From: Kiritimatiellota bacterium
GTDB taxonomy: Bacteria > Verrucomicrobiota > Kiritimatiellia > CAIQIC01
DNA length: 41,561 nucleotides
Reading direction: 5' to 3'
Assembly (NCBI GenBank): GCA_026398385.1
Contig: JAPLSZ010000251.1
Span: 7,449-49,009, forward strand
Made by a program: the position numbers and the translations under genes. Within the stretch, counting starts at the first letter, position 1, and each line of letters starts with the position of its first letter. Below are positions 35,323 to 41,561 of the stretch, piece after piece. The notes beneath the pieces are model-generated. The model did no database searches and was not told where the DNA came from. It worked only from the letters and a program-made list of their open reading frames with translations.

Positions 35323-37188
35323 ATGGACGATTTTTTATCCACCGTTCAGAGTTGCCGGCAACTGATGACGCAGGGCGAGGTGGCCACGGCGCTCGCGGGT
35401 TTGCGGGCGGGGTTGCGTTTCGGCCAGCCGGAACCGTTCGAGTATGATCTGGCGGGACAACTGCTGGGGGAAATAGGCGCCGTGGTCCCCGCGCCCGCCG
35501 CCTTTCCGACGTACCGGGTGGGCCTCGTGGCCGACCACACCACCACCACACTGGCGAACGCGATCCGCTGCGCCTTGCTGATGGAGGGGTTGCTGCCCGT
35601 GGTCTACGAAGCGCCTTTCGGCGCGGTTTTCCAGGAAATCCTCGATCGCCACAGCGGTCTTTATCGCGAACCGCGCGACGCGGTGCTCATGGCATTTCAT
35701 CACCGTATGATCGAATATCCGGAACAGCCTTTGGGTGGCGCCGTCCCGGCCGAAGAACTGGCCGCGCGCGTGGTGGGCCGGTGGGCGGAGGCGTGGGCGG
35801 CGCTCCAGCAGAACTTGGGTTGCCAGGTGTGGCAACACACCCTGGTGCCGTCGGGTCTGGCGGGATTGGGGGCGGTGGAGCAGTCGTTGCCGGCGGCGCC
35901 GGACCAGTTCATTGGGCGGATCAATCAGCTCAGCCGCGAGCGGGCGCCGGCCTTTGTGCATTGGGTGGACACGGCCAGCCTGGCGCAACAGGTTGGGTTC
36001 AGAAACTGGCATGATCCGCGCATGTACTACTACGGCAAGTTCGGCTTCAATCCTCAGTATGTGCGGGATTACATCAACGTATTTTTGGGCGCTTTTCGCG
36101 CGGCCACCGGGCGGAACCGCAAAGTCCTGATCACAGACCTGGACAACACGCTGTGGGGCGGGGTTGTCGGCGACGCCGGCCTGGAGGAAATCAAGCTGGG
36201 TCCGGGCACGCCGGAGGGCGAAGCCCACGAAGCTTTCTGCCGCTATCTGAAAAGCCTGAAGGAACGCGGCGTTATGCTGGCGGTCTGCAGCAAGAATGAC
36301 GCGGCGACGGCGCGGGAAGTGTTCGAGCGCCATCCCCACATGCCGTTGCGGCTGGCGGATTTCTCCGCTTTTTGCTGCAACTGGAGTGACAAGGCCGGCA
36401 ATGTACTGCAGATGGCGAAGGAGTTGAACATCGGCCACACGCATCTGGCCTTCGTCGATGACAATCCCGCGGAATGCGAATTGATCCGGCGCGAATTGCC
36501 GGAGGTCGCGGTGGTGGCGTTGCCCGAGGATCCCGCCGATTTCGTGGCCGCTATTGATGAGGCGCATCTCTTCGATGCGGCGCACGTGTCGTCGGAGGAT
36601 TTGCTGCGCGCGCAATCCTACCGGGCGCGCGAGCAGGCGGAAGACGTCAAGCGTTCCGCCGGCAGCTTGGAGGCTTACCTGGCGGACCTGCGCATGGTGG
36701 GGAAATTCTTCCGGGCCAGCGCGGCGGACGTGCCCCGTCTGGCGCAGATGGAGCTCAAGACGAATCAATTCAATGTGACCACCCGTCGCTATAACGCCGA
36801 CCAGATCCGGGCCTTCCTGCAGGATGACCACATGGCGGTGTTCGCTTGTACGCTGGCCGACCGGTTTGCGAATCACGGCCTCGTTTCCACCCTGATCGCA
36901 CGCCGCGCAGGCCAGGACCTGGTGCTGGATAGCTGGCTGATGAGCTGCCGCGTTTTTTCGCGGACGCTGGAACAGTTCATGATGAATGCCTTGATCGAAT
37001 TTGCGCAGAAAAATGGCATCACGCGTATAGTCGGCGATTACCTGCCGACCTCCAAAAATGCCGTGGTGCAGGATCTTTTCTCCTCATTGGGTTTTCAACC
37101 CCTGGGCCCGAAGGCGAGCGGTCGCTGGGTGCGCAACATTCGCGACGACCCACCGCTGCCCACCAGCGTGCGCAACGACGCCACGTAA
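35323..37188 (+). CDS. FkbH-like / HAD-superfamily IIIC phosphatase-acyltransferase (carrier-protein loader)
   Basis: HAD motif I LITDLDNTLWGG (DLDNTLW = 36136-36156). KTNQFNVTTRRY. C-terminal GNAT-like block with WLMSCRVFSRTLE (Cys codon 36946-36948). N-domain VGLVADHTTTTL...VYEAPFGAVFQEILD..SGLY. The start is uncertain (35323, or 35200 overlapping the carrier gene). Confidence 0.85.
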   Translation: MDDFLSTVQSCRQLMTQGEVATALAGLRAGLRFGQPEPFEYDLAGQLLGEIGAVVPAPAAFPTYRVGLVADHTTTTLANAIRCALLMEGLLPVVYEAPFGAVFQEILDRHSGLYREPRDAVLMAFHHRMIEYPEQPLGGAVPAEELAARVVGRWAEAWAALQQNLGCQVWQHTLVPSGLAGLGAVEQSLPAAPDQFIGRINQLSRERAPAFVHWVDTASLAQQVGFRNWHDPRMYYYGKFGFNPQYVRDYINVFLGAFRAATGRNRKVLITDLDNTLWGGVVGDAGLEEIKLGPGTPEGEAHEAFCRYLKSLKERGVMLAVCSKNDAATAREVFERHPHMPLRLADFSAFCCNWSDKAGNVLQMAKELNIGHTHLAFVDDNPAECELIRRELPEVAVVALPEDPADFVAAIDEAHLFDAAHVSSEDLLRAQSYRAREQAEDVKRSAGSLEAYLADLRMVGKFFRASAADVPRLAQMELKTNQFNVTTRRYNADQIRAFLQDDHMAVFACTLADRFANHGLVSTLIARRAGQDLVLDSWLMSCRVFSRTLEQFMMNALIEFAQKNGITRIVGDYLPTSKNAVVQDLFSSLGFQPLGPKASGRWVRNIRDDPPLPTSVRNDAT

Positions 37189-37329
37189 GCAGCCGTCCGC
37201 GCGCGCGGTTATCCGGCGTCTGGAACAGGCGGCGAGTGGTCTGCTGCGGGAGCTTGCGCGCTACACAGGGCAGCGCCACCGCCGGCTAAAACGGAGGGGG
37301 CGCGTTCACGCGGGCCGGCGCTCGACGAT

Positions 37330-37722
37330 TTACATCAAGTGATTGGTCGGCGTGAAAAACCAGGCGATCCGCCGTCCGCCAAACGCGGTGGCAGGCACCG
37401 GTGGGCTCACCAGCGTGCAACCTTGCTGGAGCAGGGCGGCCATCGTCGGCGTCAGATCATCCACTTCGCAGCAAAGGTGGTAGGCGCCGATACCCTTGGC
37501 CAATGTGCGGGTGATCGGCGAGTCGTCGCTCAACGCTTCGATCAATTCGATCGCAGAGTCGGTCCCTTGAGCGGGGCCCAGGAAGCAGACCCGGACTCTT
37601 TGCATGGGGTCATCGAATGGGCCAGAGCGTACGACAAAACCAAAGGCCTGCTGATAAAACTTCACGGCCTGCTCGATGTCCGCCACCGCCACGCCCAGAT
37701 GATGAATCTTAAGATCCGTCAT
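37330..37722 (-). CDS. VOC-family protein (glyoxalase I / methylmalonyl-CoA epimerase-like)
   Basis: 130 aa. MTDLKIHHLGVAVADIEQAVKFYQQAFGF ... GAYHLCCEVDDL. Start trimmed to ATG 37722. Confidence 0.8.
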   Translation of the reverse strand: MTDLKIHHLGVAVADIEQAVKFYQQAFGFVVRSGPFDDPMQRVRVCFLGPAQGTDSAIELIEALSDDSPITRTLAKGIGAYHLCCEVDDLTPTMAALLQQGCTLVSPPVPATAFGGRRIAWFFTPTNHLM

Positions 37723-37943
37723 GGTTATTGCTCTTGCCGAAGTAAAACATACGGCGGCGCACAAGTCCAGGCGCATGGCTTCATCCGCTTGGGCGAGGTG
37801 CGGATTGCCAAACCCGCGGGATTGTAGTAGAAGCTCCGTTTCTTAAAGAAAGGCCTGTGATGAACCGACCGCCGAGCGCGAGAATAAGACGCGAGCTTAT
37901 GGCCGCCGGGCCGGGCGGGTGGGCCCGCGACAGGTGCTAAGTC

Positions 37944-39377
37944 ATGCTTTTCCCAACCCTCGCTTTTGCCGTCTTTTTCCTGATCGTGTTTTGCGGCCAC
38001 TGGCTGTTGATCCGGCACGCGGTCGCGTGGAAGCTGTTCATTCTGGCCGCGAGCTGGTTTTTCTATGCTTATTGGGACTGGCGCTTTCTGGGCCTATTGA
38101 TCCTGTACACGGTGGTCAATTACAGCCTGGCGTTGGCCTCGTACCAGAGCGGCACGCCGCCCCGGCGACGGTGGGTGGCCTTGGCCATCGTGTTCAATCT
38201 CAGCCTGCTGGGGTTCTTCAAATACTACGGCTTTTTCACGGTCTCCGCCTATGCCGTCTGCGGCTGGGTGGGACTGCGCTGTCCGCTGCCCTTGCTGGAC
38301 GTCGTGCTGCCGATCGGCATTTCCTTCTTCACGTTTCAAGCCATAAGCTATGTCATTGATGTGCACCGCGGACTGATCGAGCCGGCGCACAGCGTCATTG
38401 ACTTTGCGATCTATAAGGCTTTTTTCCCGCAACTCGTGGCCGGGCCGATCATCCGGGCGAGTCACTTTATACCGCAATTCTACCAGATCATGAGCGTGCG
38501 GCGCATTGACGCGGGCCGGGCCGCCGCCTTGATCATGGGCGGCCTGTTTAAGAAGGTGGTGATCGCCAACTATATAGCCGTGAACGTGGTGGACCCGGTC
38601 TTTGGCAACCCGTGGGCGTATCAGGGCCTGGATGTCCTGCTGGCGGTGTACGGCTATGCCGTGCAGATTTACTGCGATTTCTCCGCCTATTCCGATATCG
38701 CCATCGGCGTGGCGCAACTGCTGGGATTCCATTTCCCTGAAAATTTCAACGCGCCTTATTTCGCCCGGTCCGTCCGCGAGTTCTGGCAGCGCTGGCACAT
38801 TTCCCTGTCCACCTGGCTGCGGGATTATCTTTTTTTCAGCCTGCTCGGCACCCGGCTGGGCGCCTCGCGTTACGCGCTGGGCCTCTGCGCCTTGCTTACG
38901 TTTCTGCTGGGCGGTTTGTGGCATGGCGCCGCGTGGACGTTTGTCCTATGGGGCGCGTTGCAGGGCCTGTATATGACGACGGAGTTTCTGCTGGCCAAGC
39001 TGCTGGTCTGGATGCGCGCGGGTCGTCCGCTGCCCGAGGGACCGGTGATGCGGTTGGCGCAGCGGATGGCGGTGATCCATTTGATCTGCATTTCCCATTT
39101 GTTCTTTCGGGCGCATTCCATTACGGACGGGGTGCAACTATTACAGGGGATCATGGGTTCGTGGCACGGCGCCGTCTTGCTCACTTTCCCGGCCGTCTTG
39201 GCGCTGATCATCGGCTTTCTCACGCAATACATGGATGGCACCCGCTGCGCGCCGATTTGGAATTGGTACAACCGCCTGCCGGCGGTCGGGCAGGGGCTGC
39301 TGGCGGCGGTGGTGTTGACGATCGTCCTGGCCCTGGGGCCGCAAGGCGTGGCGCCCTTCATCTATTTTCAATTCTGA
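37944..39377 (+). CDS. MBOAT-family membrane O-acyltransferase (AlgI/DltB-like)
   Basis: 477 aa, polytopic. ISFFTFQAISYVIDV; FWQRWHISLSTWLRDYLF; GGLWHGAAWTFVLWG (conserved His codon 38922-38924). Confidence 0.9.
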   Translation: MLFPTLAFAVFFLIVFCGHWLLIRHAVAWKLFILAASWFFYAYWDWRFLGLLILYTVVNYSLALASYQSGTPPRRRWVALAIVFNLSLLGFFKYYGFFTVSAYAVCGWVGLRCPLPLLDVVLPIGISFFTFQAISYVIDVHRGLIEPAHSVIDFAIYKAFFPQLVAGPIIRASHFIPQFYQIMSVRRIDAGRAAALIMGGLFKKVVIANYIAVNVVDPVFGNPWAYQGLDVLLAVYGYAVQIYCDFSAYSDIAIGVAQLLGFHFPENFNAPYFARSVREFWQRWHISLSTWLRDYLFFSLLGTRLGASRYALGLCALLTFLLGGLWHGAAWTFVLWGALQGLYMTTEFLLAKLLVWMRAGRPLPEGPVMRLAQRMAVIHLICISHLFFRAHSITDGVQLLQGIMGSWHGAVLLTFPAVLALIIGFLTQYMDGTRCAPIWNWYNRLPAVGQGLLAAVVLTIVLALGPQGVAPFIYFQF

Positions 39378-39384
39378 GACGACC

Positions 39385-39672
39385 ATGAAAGAAATGTCCG
39401 ACATTGGCGCCGAACGCAGGCAACAAGGCCACGGGCAGACCATCATCCGGACGGCAGCGGCCGTGCTTTGCTTCTATGTGTTTGCGGGCCTGCTCAACGG
39501 CGAGGCCCTCCGGCACGACGTGGAACTCATGCCCTACGGGGGCCGACGGGATGTCTGCGTGGCCCTCGTCAAGCCCATGGCCTGGTTGAGCCGGGTGACC
39601 TACCTGGGATCCTTCCGGAGCTGGATCGAAAAAAGCGTCCGCAAAGCGGATATGGCGGCGCCGAATCCCTGA
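39385..39672 (+). CDS. Small single-TM membrane protein (hypothetical; MBOAT partner candidate)
   Basis: 95 aa, starting 7 nt after the MBOAT stop. One TM, IIRTAAAVLCFYVFAGLL. No recognisable domain. Confidence 0.5.
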   Translation: MKEMSDIGAERRQQGHGQTIIRTAAAVLCFYVFAGLLNGEALRHDVELMPYGGRRDVCVALVKPMAWLSRVTYLGSFRSWIEKSVRKADMAAPNP

Positions 39673-39677
39673 CGGCC

Positions 39678-41561
39678 TTAGAACTTGAACTTGATTCCGC
39701 CCAGCAGGTTCAGCGAGTTATAATCGGGCAGGCGGTTATAGGAAACTTCCCCGTTCAATTCCCAATGGCCACCTAATTTGATCCGCGTGGCCGCCACCAG
39801 CCCCAGCACGGGTTCCCAGCCCGGTTCCTCGATCGGGTTGGCCAGCAGGACATCAATATAATGCTGGAAGTTTCTAATGGTGGCCGGGCTGAATCTTCTG
39901 CTGCGGGCTGTTCGCAGGCTTTGCTGCAACTGTTGCAGATCTTCCTGATACTTGCGCTTGGCTTCAGGACGCAAGCTCTCCTTGCCGAGGCCGTAGCGCA
40001 CGCCGATATTGTAATAGATCCGCCGGTAGGTGCGCCGGAAAAAGGCTTCCAGGTAGTAGCGGTTCAGTTTATAGGGCGTCCAGTAGTCCGGACTGGCTTC
40101 GTCGGCGGAGGTATATTCATAGCGCAGCCCCAGGCGGAAACCGGCGGGCTCATACAGCAGCCACAAGCTTTCCGCCATCAAATGATTGCGGTTGTTGGAA
40201 TCGGAAAACATGTAACGCGTGCCGCTGGCGTTGAGGTCCCACCAATCGAACAGACGGTAGGCCGCGGCGAGCGTGCCGGCGTTGTAGGTGGTATCTTTAA
40301 GCGCCGCGCGCGCGGAAGGCACGATGTCGTGCTCCCAACGCGCGGCCACGTCCAGCGGCAACAGCGGCTTGATCTGTGCTTCCGCCGCATACTGGATTAC
40401 CGTTTTGTCGAAGTTGGCTGTGTGGCCGTTCAAGTCCGTCGGCACCTTGCCCGTGAAGTGGCGATCAGAAAGCTCGCCCAGCAACACCCAGCCGTTGGGG
40501 AATTTGACCGCCGGCGCCACGCCCACCGTGCGCTCATCCAGTCGAATCTCCGGTCCGTTGAGCGCCAGATTGTTGGTGAACGCCTGCTGCATCCGGCCGA
40601 TGCCCGCCGTGCCCTCCACGGTGATGTTGGGGGTCAGGTTCAAACCCCCGAGGCCCAGGAGGCGCCAGTTGCGACTGTCGAGGTTGTCCTTGAGATACTC
40701 CGCCCGGACGCCGACATACGGGTCTTTCAATTCCAGATGGAAGGGTCCCTTGGTGACTTTACTGATACCCACCGGTGTCGTGCGCACCCCCGTCAGGCGT
40801 TCGTACACGTAACTCGCCACTTTGTTGTAGGCATTCGTCGGATAGCCGTCCTGCCGCAATTGCGCCAAGGCGTCCTTGGATTTATAGATCTTGCCTTCCT
40901 GGGCGGCGTATTCGGCCCGCAGCCGGTGGGCCAGAAAGACCGGGTGATTGCGCAGGAGGTATTCCACGGCTTCCGCTCCCGGCAGGCGCCCCAGCTCGTG
41001 GCGCTGGTAGAGCAGGGGGTTGTCGCCGTTGACCGCGTAACCAAACTGGCTTTGGATAAAGCCGGTTTTATAGTTGGCGGCCGCTTCCCGGAGATTGACC
41101 GTGAGGGCCTCGGGCATGTCGCTGCGCGTTTCCTGGCCGAGGTCGCCCATGGGGTAGGCGATGATATCCGCTGCGCCGCCCAGCTTCTGCTGCATAATTT
41201 CGCGGCTGCGCTGGTATTCATATTTGATGCGGGCATCATATTCGTTTTCGGTTTCCAGCCGGTTCGGCGCAGCGAGCCATAGGCGGTTGGCCAGCGGATG
41301 GATGACCGAATTGTCGGACTCCATGTGCAGCACCTCATGGGCTTCCATCAAATGGCTGCCAAACCGCCAGCGGCCCGTGGCTTGAGCGGCCTTCATCTGC
41401 TCCCAGGAACTGGTGTAGGAATCGTGATCCACATGGCCCACGGGCACATGCATGAGGAATGTCGTGTTGAAATCCTGCGCCACCGCGGTCCCCAGCCGCA
41501 GGGCCTCCCGCCGCGCATCGTCGAAGGTGACCATGACCACACGCTCGGGTGTACCCGTCGG
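39678..41561 (-). CDS. NodB/PgaB-like polysaccharide deacetylase fused to a C-terminal outer-membrane beta-barrel; 5' end beyond the window
   Basis: The frame is open to the window edge (...PTGTPERVVMVTFDD). TFDD (41517-41528) and H-x4-H (GSHLMEAH) are as in PgaB, plus AYPMG. The C-terminal domain of about 345 aa is paralogous to 33980-34914 and ends ...GGIKFKF. Confidence 0.75.
   Translation of the reverse strand, partial: PTGTPERVVMVTFDDARREALRLGTAVAQDFNTTFLMHVPVGHVDHDSYTSSWEQMKAAQATGRWRFGSHLMEAHEVLHMESDNSVIHPLANRLWLAAPNRLETENEYDARIKYEYQRSREIMQQKLGGAADIIAYPMGDLGQETRSDMPEALTVNLREAAANYKTGFIQSQFGYAVNGDNPLLYQRHELGRLPGAEAVEYLLRNHPVFLAHRLRAEYAAQEGKIYKSKDALAQLRQDGYPTNAYNKVASYVYERLTGVRTTPVGISKVTKGPFHLELKDPYVGVRAEYLKDNLDSRNWRLLGLGGLNLTPNITVEGTAGIGRMQQAFTNNLALNGPEIRLDERTVGVAPAVKFPNGWVLLGELSDRHFTGKVPTDLNGHTANFDKTVIQYAAEAQIKPLLPLDVAARWEHDIVPSARAALKDTTYNAGTLAAAYRLFDWWDLNASGTRYMFSDSNNRNHLMAESLWLLYEPAGFRLGLRYEYTSADEASPDYWTPYKLNRYYLEAFFRRTYRRIYYNIGVRYGLGKESLRPEAKRKYQEDLQQLQQSLRTARSRRFSPATIRNFQHYIDVLLANPIEEPGWEPVLGLVAATRIKLGGHWELNGEVSYNRLPDYNSLNLLGGIKFKF

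Overview
Visibly GC-rich bacterial chromosomal window, densely coded on both strands. There are no rRNA genes, CRISPR arrays, transposases, integrases or phage genes. Several things point to a PVC-superphylum organism (Verrucomicrobiota, Kiritimatiellota or Lentisphaerota): many lipoproteins, prepilin-like proteins, glycoside hydrolases, and short GC-rich hairpin or purine-rich intergenic repeats. This placement is inference only. Left to right the window holds: (1) a deoxyhexose/glycan utilisation cluster (MFS transporter, GH2, SAM-methyltransferase, URO-D-family protein, RhaT, GH29 fucosidase, RhaM); (2) an ACE-like M2 metallopeptidase lipoprotein, a tRNA(CAT), a PQQ-type beta-propeller, a fused radical-SAM protein and RlmI; (3) a pseudopilin and a tail-anchored FHA protein, divergent from larB-larC, whose 3' ends run into repeat elements; (4) a GT4 glycosyltransferase; (5) an ECF sigma/anti-sigma/LTXXQ envelope-stress module; (6) a MarR-OMF-MFP-RND efflux operon; (7) the most interesting part, about 33.0-41.6 kb. 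This is an exopolysaccharide-type locus in which a carrier protein, an FkbH-like loader, a VOC protein, an MBOAT acyltransferase and a tiny membrane protein sit between two paralogous outer-membrane beta-barrel genes. One barrel is fused to TPR repeats (PgaA-like) and the other to a NodB/PgaB-like deacetylase. I read this as a candidate uncharacterised carrier-protein-dependent glycan O-acylation/export system. All functional calls rest on motif recognition in the supplied translations; no database search was possible.
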